In this document: piece after piece, positions 21,275 through 30,293 of the stretch | How the letters are laid out: every line of letters starts with the position of its first letter | Numbering within the stretch: the stretch's first letter is position 1 | Source: an uncultured Nitrospiraceae bacterium | GTDB taxonomy: Bacteria > Nitrospirota > Thermodesulfovibrionia > Thermodesulfovibrionales > SM23-35 | Assembly (NCBI GenBank): GCA_963727775.1 | Contig: CAVSHB010000001.1 | Coordinates: 1-64,000 of the forward strand | DNA: 64,000 nucleotides | Direction of reading: 5' to 3' | Notes under the pieces: model-generated | What the model saw: only the letters and a program-made list of their open reading frames with translations | Database searches by the model: none | What the model was told of the DNA's origin: nothing | Position numbers and translations under genes: made by a program

Positions 21275-22504
21275 TCACGATGAGTCCTTGTAACCGCTAT
21301 GGGAATAACGATATGATCTTCTTGAAGGATATGGCATTTCCATCACGGTGATCATGGTGCCTTCCCTGCAGCAGGGGCATCTGGTAATATCTATGCCCGT
21401 AAGCTCGATCATCAGTTCAGTTGCGGTTTTCTTTTCTCGTTCGGGACGTTGAGTGTTGTCGCCTATCAGTTCTCTGCAGAGCTGTATAGTCTCTTTCTTT
21501 TGCTTGTTGGCCAGAAAACCGAAATGCCGTATCTTCATGAACCCGGGAGGAAGCACATGAAGAAGAAACCGTCTGATGAATTCTCCTGAGTCTACTGTCG
21601 TCAATTTAAGGGTATTGTTATCTTTTCTGTCTCTGTAGGTAAAGGTGACCATACCGTTCTGAACACCCACTATGCGGTTATTCGATATGGCCACCCTGTG
21701 TGTATATCTGCCAATATACTCGAGAACCTGTTGAGGCCCCGCAAAGGGCTTTTTGGAAAATACGACCCAGTTCTTTGCCCTGAGGTCTTTTATCAACCCC
21801 GAAAACCCCTCAGGAGTTGCATACTTTGCAATGGTTCCCGGGAAATCCAGCTCACCCTTTGCGTAGGTCTTCTGCAGGTTTTCAATGAACTTTCCCCTGA
21901 ATACCAGAGAGAGAGCTTCTACATTGAAGAGATAGTTTTCTGCCGAGGGTATCCACCTTGTTTTGTCCAGCGACAGGGCGCCTCCCGCTATTACACAATG
22001 CAGATGAATATGGCCCAGAAGTCTCTGGTCCCATGTGTGCAGTATGGCTGTAAAGCCAAGCGTGCCACCAAGATTGTTGATGCCGAATTGAAGAAGGGTT
22101 TCGGAGACTGCCTTGAACAGGATAGAGAAGATCGCTTTCCTGTTACTGAGGGCAATAGGATTCAATTCATGTGGCAGGGTAAAGACATTGTGGAAGTACG
22201 GCACCGGCAGAAGCTCAGCCTTGCGGTCTTCAAGCCATCGTGCTTTTGTCAGACACTGACACTTTGGGCAATGACGGTTGCGGCAGGAGTTGTATGCGTG
22301 TTGCTCGAATCCGCATTTGTTGCACTTCTCCACATGACCACCGAGATATGAGGTCCGGCATACGGCAATTGCCCGCATAACTTTACGCTGAGCATAAGGC
22401 ACTGAGTTCTCACGCCTATAGACCTTTCCGAATTCCCGGAAGATATCGGCTACTTCCCACTTCTTTACTACCTCCGACAGCAGGGCTTCCGTGGACGACG
22501 ACAT
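21275..22504 (-). CDS. IS91-family (Y2_Tnp) transposase with N-terminal Zn-binding domain
   Basis: CRT..LGGH..CNKCG....YNSCRNRHCPKC, LHTWDQRL.GHIHLH (HUH), YIGRYTHR (YxxxY), FIRRFLLHVLP. Confidence 0.95.
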   Translation of the reverse strand: MSSSTEALLSEVVKKWEVADIFREFGKVYRRENSVPYAQRKVMRAIAVCRTSYLGGHVEKCNKCGFEQHAYNSCRNRHCPKCQCLTKARWLEDRKAELLPVPYFHNVFTLPHELNPIALSNRKAIFSILFKAVSETLLQFGINNLGGTLGFTAILHTWDQRLLGHIHLHCVIAGGALSLDKTRWIPSAENYLFNVEALSLVFRGKFIENLQKTYAKGELDFPGTIAKYATPEGFSGLIKDLRAKNWVVFSKKPFAGPQQVLEYIGRYTHRVAISNNRIVGVQNGMVTFTYRDRKDNNTLKLTTVDSGEFIRRFLLHVLPPGFMKIRHFGFLANKQKKETIQLCRELIGDNTQRPEREKKTATELMIELTGIDITRCPCCREGTMITVMEMPYPSRRSYRYSHSGYKDSS

Positions 22505-22509
22505 GGAGA

Positions 22510-23373
22510 TTACACTTCAGTCAATCTCCTTGTGTCAGGTATCTCTATAAGGTCCAGCGGGCTCTTTGTGGCGGACAGCTTCTTGCTGGTTATCCGCATA
22601 TAGCGCGTCGTGGTCGTTATCGAGGAATGACCCATCAACAACTGGATGGTTCTCAAATCCACTCCAGCTTCAAGAAGATGCGATGCAAAGCAATGGCGCA
22701 GGCTATGAATACAACCCCCCTTAGTTATCCCTGCCCTCTCTTTTGCACTGTAGTATATTCTCTCTGGCGTAGCTCTGTTCATCGGCCTATCAGAGAATGC
22801 CCCGGGGAAAAGCCAGAAAAGGGGTTTGTACTTTCTCCAGTAAGCTCGCAGTTCCGTCAATAAACGGGGTGACAGAATCGTATAGCGGTCTTTGTTCCCC
22901 TTGCTCTGACATACCCTGATCATCATCCTGCCACTGTCTATGTCTTTAAGCTTCAGATTTACTACTTCACTTACGCGTAGCCCGGCCGCATATGTGGTCA
23001 TCAATATCGCCCTGTGTTTAAGGTTTCGAGTGCATTGGAACAATCTTGTAAGCTCCTCGACACTAAGAACCTCGGGAAGCTTTGTCTGCGTTTTCATAGG
23101 CGGGATCCCCAGATGCATCGAGTCTATTCCCAGCGTTTGCGTGTAGAAAAACCTTAGCCCCGATACGACGACATTGCAGGTGCCCCATGAAAGTTTCCGT
23201 TTATCCAGGAGATGCAGAAGATATGCCTGTATCTTTTCCTTGTCAAGCAGGTCCGGTGACTGCTTATAGTACTTGGCCAGGCCTGCTACAGCCGACACGT
23301 ACGCTTCCTGCGTACTCGGTGCAAACCTCCTTAGTTTCATGTCGTTGAGCATCTTGTGACGTAACGGTTTCAT
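22510..23373 (-). CDS. Tyrosine recombinase (integron-integrase-like, N-terminal SAM-like domain)
   Basis: YAAGLRVSE, KGNKDR, HSLRHCFASHLLEAG, LMGHSSITTTTRY. Confidence 0.95.
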   Translation of the reverse strand: MKPLRHKMLNDMKLRRFAPSTQEAYVSAVAGLAKYYKQSPDLLDKEKIQAYLLHLLDKRKLSWGTCNVVVSGLRFFYTQTLGIDSMHLGIPPMKTQTKLPEVLSVEELTRLFQCTRNLKHRAILMTTYAAGLRVSEVVNLKLKDIDSGRMMIRVCQSKGNKDRYTILSPRLLTELRAYWRKYKPLFWLFPGAFSDRPMNRATPERIYYSAKERAGITKGGCIHSLRHCFASHLLEAGVDLRTIQLLMGHSSITTTTRYMRITSKKLSATKSPLDLIEIPDTRRLTEV

Positions 23374-23690
23374 ACAATACCTCCTCGTTTTGGGTTATAG
23401 GAATATTGTATGAATACCTGCTGGAGGAATAAATTGTGAGATTACTTATGGCGGAGGGCCTTATAGCTTTGACTGTTCATCCTGCCGCGTCAGCGGCTTA
23501 GTTCAATCACAGTTATGTGCAGCTCCACATAACTGGAAGCACATCACACATGTAGAAAAAGCTTTGTGGGGTTTATTTCATGATGGAGTAATAATTACTC
23601 AATCTTTCTTTCACTCAGTTGATTAATACTCTTAAGGATATCTTTCGTCTCGTCCGAGATAGTTTACTGTCCTTTTCCCCGGTTGCTTGT

Positions 23691-24239
23691 CTAACCGTCA
23701 TCTTTCACAATTCCTATCCCGATTCCGAGTTTTTCAGACCACGTCTGCAAATAGTCTCGGTCGAGGTTCTCCTTCTGAATTTCAAGAATCTTTTTTGCAT
23801 CGAGCCTGTCCTGTTCTCTGCCGCTCACTAATTTCAGGATTATCAGGTCTTCAGGAGTTGATATATTTACCGAAAAATCAGTCAATTGAATGACTTTTTT
23901 CCGTTTAAGCGCTTCCTTCTTGAAAACATCGTCGACGAACAGGAAATCAACAGAAACGTCGGGATTGCTCTTCAATGTGGCCCTTAGGAAAGACACTTTA
24001 CCGAAGACCATTGGTTTGTCATGAATAAAGACGAATCTGTTGCTCTCAGTCAATCGCTGTTTGAGATCTTCAACAGCGGTGATGCGTATCGAAACAAGAA
24101 AATCGATATCGACTGTCGCCCTGGGCTCTGCCCATATCCCTACCGCCAGTCCGCCCACAAGCATATACTCAACTGCTGCCCCGTCAAGAAACGCGCACAC
24201 TTCTTTAAGGGATTGGATGAGAGGATTGTTATTCATCAT
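23691..24239 (-). CDS. Nucleotidyltransferase-fold protein (DUF6036/AbiEii-like)
   Basis: YMLVGGLAV...PRATVDIDFLV, TPEDLIILKL..GREQDRLD. Confidence 0.8.
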   Translation of the reverse strand: MMNNNPLIQSLKEVCAFLDGAAVEYMLVGGLAVGIWAEPRATVDIDFLVSIRITAVEDLKQRLTESNRFVFIHDKPMVFGKVSFLRATLKSNPDVSVDFLFVDDVFKKEALKRKKVIQLTDFSVNISTPEDLIILKLVSGREQDRLDAKKILEIQKENLDRDYLQTWSEKLGIGIGIVKDDG

Positions 24240-24432
24240 TACTCACTTTCAGCATAGAAAGCTCTTTCCTTACTAATCCATTGATCTCATCTTCACCGAG
24301 TTCCGGATGTTTCTGTCGGATGACGGCACGTTTCATCTCAAGCGAGAGCATAGTTATATCCGCCCAAGCCTTAATGCGTTTTTCAATTTCTGCGTTTGAA
24401 ATAAGATACTTGAAATGTTTGATTTCCTTCAC
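24229..24432 (-). CDS. Small protein overlapping the nucleotidyltransferase (putative partner/antitoxin)
   Basis: 67 aa, SD gaggtg, 11-nt overlap with the downstream gene, IRQKHPELGEDEI motif. Confidence 0.65.
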   Translation of the reverse strand: MKEIKHFKYLISNAEIEKRIKAWADITMLSLEMKRAVIRQKHPELGEDEINGLVRKELSMLKVSNDE

Positions 24433-24480
24433 TTACACCTCTTCGCTATTACCTTTAACTGTCACCTACTTTAATTTAAA

Positions 24481-24807
24481 ATAACGCCCCCTAACCCCCT
24501 CTTATCCTAAGTGGGGGAATCTTATCTCCTCCTCTTAGATTAATGGGAGGTTGGGTGGTGTTACAATATCTGAGAGTGGAACCTTTATAGCTGGGAAGGA
24601 TAAGTGGTTCTAATGCGGTGATTCGAAACTGGAATTGTTTATATTCAAGAGAAGAATCAGCCAAGCTATCTCCTTAACCGACGTCGTTCTCAGAATCTTA
24701 CCATAAAGCGTGATTGTTGTTGCAACTTTCTTTAAAAAATAGGTTCCTTCCGGTTTTTAAAAACTTCATAACTCCCCTCAGCCCCCTCTTATCTTAAGAG
24801 GGGGAAT
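24481..24807. repeat. Three REP-like palindromic repeats (~40 bp)
   Basis: 24481-24520 ataacgccccctaaccccctcttatcctaagtgggggaat; inverted copy ~24526-24564; 24768-24807 ataactcccctcagccccctcttatcttaagagggggaat. Confidence 0.8.
24569..24664 (-). pseudogene. N-terminal remnant of a Cas6-type RAMP endoribonuclease
   Basis: SD taaggaga + TTG, then ADSSLEYKQFQFRITALEPLILPSYKGSTLR. This matches the LxLPxYKGSTLRGxFG N-terminus of Cas6 proteins and runs into the repeat. Confidence 0.65.
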
Positions 24808-24885
24808 AACTTCCACACAAAAGTCAGTAGAACTAAAAATAGAATGTGAATCAGATGCAATATTAAACGTCTGCATTTTTCGGGT

Positions 24886-26439
24886 TTATCGTTTCATGAA
24901 CGTTCTTTCCATTACAAAGAACGGGGCATGATTAGAGGTAAATATCGGAGGGTCATTTTTCAGGATTGCCGATACAGCGGGGTGGCGCTTGAATTCATTC
25001 TCAAGGAAGAGCCGTACATGCCGTCTGTCCCAACCATCCGGATGGATAAAGTCAGTGTAAAGTGAAAGGTCTCCTTCGTAGAACCCTTTTGTCTCAATAG
25101 CCGGGTCGAACGCTCCGCAGATGGGCATATTGAATATCGCGAGATTAAGGAACCCGATGCTGTCGCTATGTTTGACAGTGAACTCGAGGGTCTTCCGGGC
25201 GCCGGCCTCTGTCTCAACCGGCGTGCCGAAAATGAGATAAACGTAAGCGACGATCCCGGCTTTCTTGAGGTTCTCAAGGACGATAGAAGACATGTCAACA
25301 TTGATCCCTTTCTCCATTGCATCGAGCACACCCTGGTCCCCTGATTCGATCCCGAGTTTGAGCATTACACACCCGGCCTGTTTCAGCGCTGCGCAGAAAT
25401 CCGGATCAGCCAGGTGCGGCCCGACACGTGCAAACCCGTACCAGGGAATGCCCGGGCCGTCACTTGACAAAGCATGGAGGAGCGCCGGACTTATTGCATT
25501 ATCGAGGAGGTGTATAAGTCCAGGGTCTGTCCGGTCGGTGATGGACCTTAAGTCGGAAATGACCTGCTGCGTCGGGATGGGGACATACCGGTTTCCTTCG
25601 GCCTTTTCAGGACAGAACTCGCATCTGCTCCAGTAACACCCTGCCGAGGCGCTATATGGGAGGATAAACCCCGGTGAAAGATAGCTCTCGCGAGGCAGAT
25701 CGCTATAATCCGGCCTCGGCATATTTTTTCCCTTAATGTCCAGGCCGAGAAGTTTAAGAAGCTGATATTCTCCAGCCCCTGAGATGAGATGGTCAACCAT
25801 GCCGGAGAAAGCGTTTCCCAATCGGTTCTTTATCCATGAGGTGACAAGCCCGCCTCCCAGGACGATTTTCAACGCCGGGCATTCGCGCCTTATGAAACCT
25901 ATCATTGAAAAGGCGCATAATGCCTGGCTCAGATAGTTTATGGAGACGCCTATCAGCGAGGGTTCTTTTTCCATGAAAAGTCCTTCGAGTCTCGACCTGA
26001 AATAAGGATAAAAGGGGTTTATTTCAGGTCGCTCCGCAGCAGACAGGAGATCACCGCTTTGTAGTGGAGAAAAACCCTGGTGCTCATAATTAACCAACCC
26101 TGTTGCGGCGCCGGGTAAGGAAACTTCACTGAGTACGCGTCCTATATCTTTTACCGCTCTTCGGTAACGGTCTATGTGGCGATATAAGGTGATGTCCCTC
26201 ATGGAAGAAATGTTTTTCTCGCGATTGCGGAATGCCCTTTGTGTCCATGTATCATCCGCTTTCTCTGTGGGCAAGGGCATCTTGAGAAGATAGAGAAGCC
26301 CTTCCAGATTTGCGTCTAAAAGCCGATGATCGACTCCATATTCCGCGAGCATACCCGCGAGTCTGGCTATACCGGCAGGCGGTTCGCATGGCTTTGCAAC
26401 TGGCGGGTAGACGAGAATTATCGAGTCCTTGTTATTCAA
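24886..26439 (-). CDS. B12-binding-type radical SAM protein
   Basis: LVYPP N-terminus, GCYWSRCEFC (CxxxCxxC), KLGIESG; start placed at TTG 26439 to avoid overlap. Confidence 0.85.
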   Translation of the reverse strand: MNNKDSIILVYPPVAKPCEPPAGIARLAGMLAEYGVDHRLLDANLEGLLYLLKMPLPTEKADDTWTQRAFRNREKNISSMRDITLYRHIDRYRRAVKDIGRVLSEVSLPGAATGLVNYEHQGFSPLQSGDLLSAAERPEINPFYPYFRSRLEGLFMEKEPSLIGVSINYLSQALCAFSMIGFIRRECPALKIVLGGGLVTSWIKNRLGNAFSGMVDHLISGAGEYQLLKLLGLDIKGKNMPRPDYSDLPRESYLSPGFILPYSASAGCYWSRCEFCPEKAEGNRYVPIPTQQVISDLRSITDRTDPGLIHLLDNAISPALLHALSSDGPGIPWYGFARVGPHLADPDFCAALKQAGCVMLKLGIESGDQGVLDAMEKGINVDMSSIVLENLKKAGIVAYVYLIFGTPVETEAGARKTLEFTVKHSDSIGFLNLAIFNMPICGAFDPAIETKGFYEGDLSLYTDFIHPDGWDRRHVRLFLENEFKRHPAVSAILKNDPPIFTSNHAPFFVMERTFMKR

Positions 26440-26450
26440 ATTTCCATAAC

Positions 26451-26969
26451 CTATGTCCGGCGCGGAGAAGATTTCCGTCCAAACAGCCCGTACTGGACGG
26501 CAATGCCTAAGGCCAGAAGGAAGATTAAAAGCATATTTTTTGTCTGCCGGCTGAGATGCCAGGTTTGAAGGATGAGGATGGAGCCTATAGCAGATGAGAG
26601 GATAACCAGGGTCCAACTGAATAATAACTTCATGAGCAAAGCTCCGGCAATGCCTCCAATGAGGAAAAGTATCCAGTAGTAATGAGAGGCAGCCATCCCG
26701 AATTCTTTCAGAAGGCCGATGAGCAAATAGCCGCCTGCGAAAAACCCTCCGGTTATAATCGCAAATTTCTGTAGGAAAACGGCAAGCGCCGCTCCTATAA
26801 CCCCTGCGATCAGGGCAATAACGAGTATGACATCATGGGGCTGCCCGTGGACCATGCGCTCCGCGAGATCGAACCCGAAGACGAACCCGACTCCGCCAAG
26901 AAACAGCCAGTAGAGCCTGCGCCCCATTGTGAGCATGGCAATCCCTAATAAAAGCCTAAAGAGTGACAT
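26451..26969 (-). CDS. DUF4203-like integral membrane protein
   Basis: About 6 Gly-rich TM helices, GRRLYWLF, terminal GIAVQ. Confidence 0.7.
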   Translation of the reverse strand: MSLFRLLLGIAMLTMGRRLYWLFLGGVGFVFGFDLAERMVHGQPHDVILVIALIAGVIGAALAVFLQKFAIITGGFFAGGYLLIGLLKEFGMAASHYYWILFLIGGIAGALLMKLLFSWTLVILSSAIGSILILQTWHLSRQTKNMLLIFLLALGIAVQYGLFGRKSSPRRT

Positions 26970-27087
26970 TAAATTTCCGGCCCTTTCTTATAGGAATAGT
27001 CTATACCGAAATATCGGCGAAGCAGCGGAAATAAAAAAACTTTTACTCTGCCTGCCGTTGTTAATATAATATAATCACGGAAACAAA

Positions 27088-27429
27088 ATGAAAGAAAATA
27101 AAAGAGGCTTTAACGAATTTTCAGAGGACGAGATGAGAGCGGCGGTAAATCGGTTCCAGGGTAAAATTGTGCAGTGGATCGAAGATGAAGGGATCCTCTG
27201 CGGTTCCTGCAACGGATACGATCTTTATATTGCGCTGCGCAGGGCATTAACAGGGGAGTGGATAAAAAGTCAGTATCTGCATGGTAAAGAAATGGACTGC
27301 CCCAAATGCGGGGTGAGCGGGAGATATGACGAAAAGAAAAGCAACGGGCATAGGGCTGAATTTGCCGATGCCATATGGTTTAACAAGCATACACATTCAT
27401 GGGAATGCCGTGAATGCTGGCTCAAATAA
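27088..27429 (+). CDS. Hypothetical Cys-rich protein
   Basis: 113-aa ORF with CGSC, CPKC and CREC. Confidence 0.65.
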   Translation: MKENKRGFNEFSEDEMRAAVNRFQGKIVQWIEDEGILCGSCNGYDLYIALRRALTGEWIKSQYLHGKEMDCPKCGVSGRYDEKKSNGHRAEFADAIWFNKHTHSWECRECWLK

Positions 27430-27444
27430 GAAAGTATTTGAGAG

Positions 27445-27693
27445 GTGAAAGAAATGCCGGAGATCAACAACAGACTGAAGGAAATGTCGGACAAAATGAG
27501 CGAACACATAATAACCGTAAAAGGGACGTTGGAGCTTTTAGATGCATCCGTATCGGAAGATGATTTACGCAACCTTATTCTAAAGGCCATCGAGAGAATG
27601 GAGAATATGCAGGCATTGTCCGACGAATTATTCGAGATGTTACAAAAAGTGTTAGAGAAAATTAGTGAAGGGAAAGACCGTAAAGAGCCTTAA
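27445..27693 (+). CDS. Hypothetical helical protein (HisKA-like hairpin)
   Basis: EHIITVKGTLELL followed by coiled-coil helices. Confidence 0.55.
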   Translation: MKEMPEINNRLKEMSDKMSEHIITVKGTLELLDASVSEDDLRNLILKAIERMENMQALSDELFEMLQKVLEKISEGKDRKEP

Positions 27694-27872
27694 ATCCCTT
27701 TGATTAATCTGTCAGCGCGTTTGTCTGTTCATTCCGTTTGTCTTTGTCGCATTTGACTCATATGCTATAAATCTTTTAAAATTTAATATCAAGCTTTTCT
27801 TTCCCTCCAGGTTGTGACCATTACTCCCGAAGGGTATATTAAAGAATTAATTTTTATAGAGAGGTAAAAATC

Positions 27873-29360
27873 ATGTCTGATGAGAATATCGAAAATAATT
27901 CCCCTGCTACTGAAAAGGTAGATGTAAAAGTTGAACATGAAGAAAATTTCGCCGAGATGCTCGATAAAAGCAGTATGGGGAAAAGGCTTTATCCGGGACA
28001 GAAGGTCAGTGCGAAGGTCGTAAGTATATCCGGCGACCTTGTGTTCATCGATCTCGGGGGAAAGAGTGAAGGGGCCGTAGACCTGGCTGAATTCATCGAT
28101 AAGGAGGGGGTAACAACCGTCTGCGAAGGTGATAAGATAGATGCCTTTTTTGTGACTGTTGAAGACGGCTTAATGAAACTGACGACCCTTGTAAGAGGTT
28201 ACTCAGCCGTAACTTTGAACGCCATCAGGGATGCGTTCGAGGCGGGGGTACCGGTAAACGGTGAGGTAAGCCGGGAGATTAAGGGAGGTTTTGAAATATC
28301 TGTCGGCGAGGTGAGATGCTTCTGCCCATTTTCGCAGATAGACCTGAAAGGCGGTCACGAAGGCGGCGTATATCTCGGCCGGACATTCCCGTTCAAAGTA
28401 TTAGAATATGAGGAAGACGGGAAAAAAATAGTGCTCTCCAGAAAGGCGCTCCTCGCGCAGGAGAAACAGGCAAAGATGGAGAGACTCAAAGAGAACCTCG
28501 CAGTGGGCATGGATGTGACCGCTGAAGTAAAAGCAATACAGAATTTCGGGGCCTTTGTGGACCTGGGGGGTGTCGACGGGCTGATCCCGGTGAGCGAGAT
28601 TTCATGGGACAGGCGTGTAAACGCCGTGGATGTACTTTCCATCGGACAGAATGTAACCGCAAAGATTATCTCTTTAGACTGGGAAAAGAACCGCCTCGCA
28701 CTGAGTTTGAAGGCTATGCAGCCCGACCCATGGGCCTCAGCCGCGGAAAAATACCCGGTGGACAGCATGGTCAAAGGCTCTATCGTCCGTCTCTCCCAAT
28801 TCGGCGCCTTTGTAAGGCTTGAACCTGGGATTGACGGTTTAATCCACATCTCCAATCTCGGCGCAGGCAGGAGGATCAACCATCCCAGGGAGGTTGTCCA
28901 GGAGGGGCAATTGGTAGAAGTCTATGTCCTGTCTGTAGACCGGCAGAACAGGAAGATCTCACTCTCCATGCAGCCGAAGGTCGAGCCTGCAAAGATCTCC
29001 CTTCCCGCTGTAGGTGAAATCCTCGAAGGTGCTGTTGAAAGGGTCATGCCCTATGGAATTTTCCTGAAGATGAATAGCGGTATTACAGGACTGATTCCCA
29101 ATGCGGAAATGGGTACGCCGACAGGTACAGACCATAAGCGCATGTTCCCTTCGGGCACACAGTTGCAAGTCGCAGTGATTGATGTAGATACCGCAAACAA
29201 TAAAGTCCGGTTGAGCCGCAAGGCAGTTCTCGAAAAGGCGGTAGAGGATGAGTTTAACGAATATAAGGAATCCGAGAAAAGCTCCTCCGGATCATCAAAG
29301 GGCTTCGGAAGTCTTGGAGACATACTCAAGGCAAAGCTGGAAGAGAAGACCCGGGGTTAA
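27873..29360 (+). CDS. Multi-S1-domain RNA-binding protein (ribosomal protein S1-like)
   Basis: Repeated FGAFVDLGGVDGLI, FGAFVRLEPGIDGLIHIS and YGIFLK S1 motifs; GSLGDILK tail. Confidence 0.9.
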   Translation: MSDENIENNSPATEKVDVKVEHEENFAEMLDKSSMGKRLYPGQKVSAKVVSISGDLVFIDLGGKSEGAVDLAEFIDKEGVTTVCEGDKIDAFFVTVEDGLMKLTTLVRGYSAVTLNAIRDAFEAGVPVNGEVSREIKGGFEISVGEVRCFCPFSQIDLKGGHEGGVYLGRTFPFKVLEYEEDGKKIVLSRKALLAQEKQAKMERLKENLAVGMDVTAEVKAIQNFGAFVDLGGVDGLIPVSEISWDRRVNAVDVLSIGQNVTAKIISLDWEKNRLALSLKAMQPDPWASAAEKYPVDSMVKGSIVRLSQFGAFVRLEPGIDGLIHISNLGAGRRINHPREVVQEGQLVEVYVLSVDRQNRKISLSMQPKVEPAKISLPAVGEILEGAVERVMPYGIFLKMNSGITGLIPNAEMGTPTGTDHKRMFPSGTQLQVAVIDVDTANNKVRLSRKAVLEKAVEDEFNEYKESEKSSSGSSKGFGSLGDILKAKLEEKTRG

Positions 29361-29376
29361 TCGCCGGCAGTTGAGA

Positions 29377-29844
29377 ATGACTAATAATGATATATTACGA
29401 AGGTTACGGTATTCCCTGAATATTAACGATTCTACAATGATTGAAATATTTAAACTGGCTGAGCATGAAATTGAACAATCCAAATTGACTGATCTTCTTA
29501 AGAAAGAAGACGAAGAAGGTCATGTCGCTTGTAGTAATGATGTTTTGGGACATTTTTTGGATGGGTTAATTTTTTATAAAAGAGGCAAGAAAGAAATGCA
29601 GCCAGGTCAGGCAATAAAACCGGTCTCACCTTTAACAAATAATGCAATATTGAAAAAACTTAGGATTGCCCTGGAGTTGAGAGAGGATGATATGCTTGGG
29701 ATTCTGAAACTGGCCGATACCGCTATATCAAAATCTGAGTTGAACGCGCTATTTAGAAAGCAAGGACATAGAAACTATAAAGAATGCGGCGATCAGTTTT
29801 TAAGGAGTTTTTTAAAAGGTCTCTCTGTTCGTTATAGAAGATAG
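29377..29844 (+). CDS. DUF1456 (YehS) family protein
   Basis: MTNNDILRRLRY...NNAILKKLRIAL...CGDQFLRSFLKGL. Confidence 0.88.
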   Translation: MTNNDILRRLRYSLNINDSTMIEIFKLAEHEIEQSKLTDLLKKEDEEGHVACSNDVLGHFLDGLIFYKRGKKEMQPGQAIKPVSPLTNNAILKKLRIALELREDDMLGILKLADTAISKSELNALFRKQGHRNYKECGDQFLRSFLKGLSVRYRR

Positions 29845-29880
29845 ATCCTTGAGAAAATAATTGGTCGGATAAAATAAGCG

Positions 29881-29911
29881 GGCACGGTATTCTATGAACC
29901 CCGTGCCCTTT
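29881..29911 (+). terminator. Putative intrinsic terminator
   Basis: gggcacgg...ccgtgccc stem followed by ttt, downstream of the DUF1456 gene. Confidence 0.5.
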
Positions 29912-30293
29912 GGTTAAGTTTCCGCAACCGAGGACTTTGCCCTCTTTTTTAAGATACTGTCAGGCCCTGTGAATGTCAATAGGCAGATGGCATGAATATG
30001 CCGTGAAAAGGGGCGTCGGCATATATCGTCTGTGTGGTTCGACTCCTTCCCTACCACAATCCCAATTTTCTGTTATAATTTCGGTATAGAACTTGTGATG
30101 CGTTGCGTACGTGTTTAAATCGTTATTAACGCGTATAGTTAACAGTTAATTAAACAGAAAATAAATAATATTTGTTATAATAAATATAATCAGCGATGGT
30201 TTTTATGTTTTACTGCTATCACATTCTCTCCTGTTGCCAAAACCAAAAGGTAAGACAACTGAAATATATTAATAATTTATTTTAAGAGGTACT

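Larger units (their letters stand above)
20969..23506 (-). mobile_element. Tyrosine recombinase + IS91-like (Y2/HUH) two-gene element
   Basis: Two co-oriented genes; imperfect inverted motif TTGAGCTGAGCCGC (21018-21031) and GCGGCTTAGTTCAA (23493-23506); terminal hairpin at 20976-21015. Confidence 0.8.
20587..23538. mobile_element. Gene-less mini-RIT element (body 20593-20968; terminal palindrome 23513-23532 displaced by a nested element)
   Basis: Two inverted 82-bp ends, each with three TTATGTG(G/A/C)AGT sites; 20-bp palindrome ttatgtgcagctccacataa; flanking 6-mers caggaa and ctggaa. Same geometry as the RIT at 37741-41237. Confidence 0.75.

Noticed and set aside
24481..24807. Repeats next to the cas6 remnant as a CRISPR array
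   Set aside because: Only three divergent copies, one inverted, with irregular spacing; REP-like instead.
30030..30057. GGTTCGACTCC...ACCA resembling a tRNA T-loop and CCA end
   Set aside because: The T-stem pairs at only 2 positions, and no acceptor, D or anticodon arms can be built upstream.
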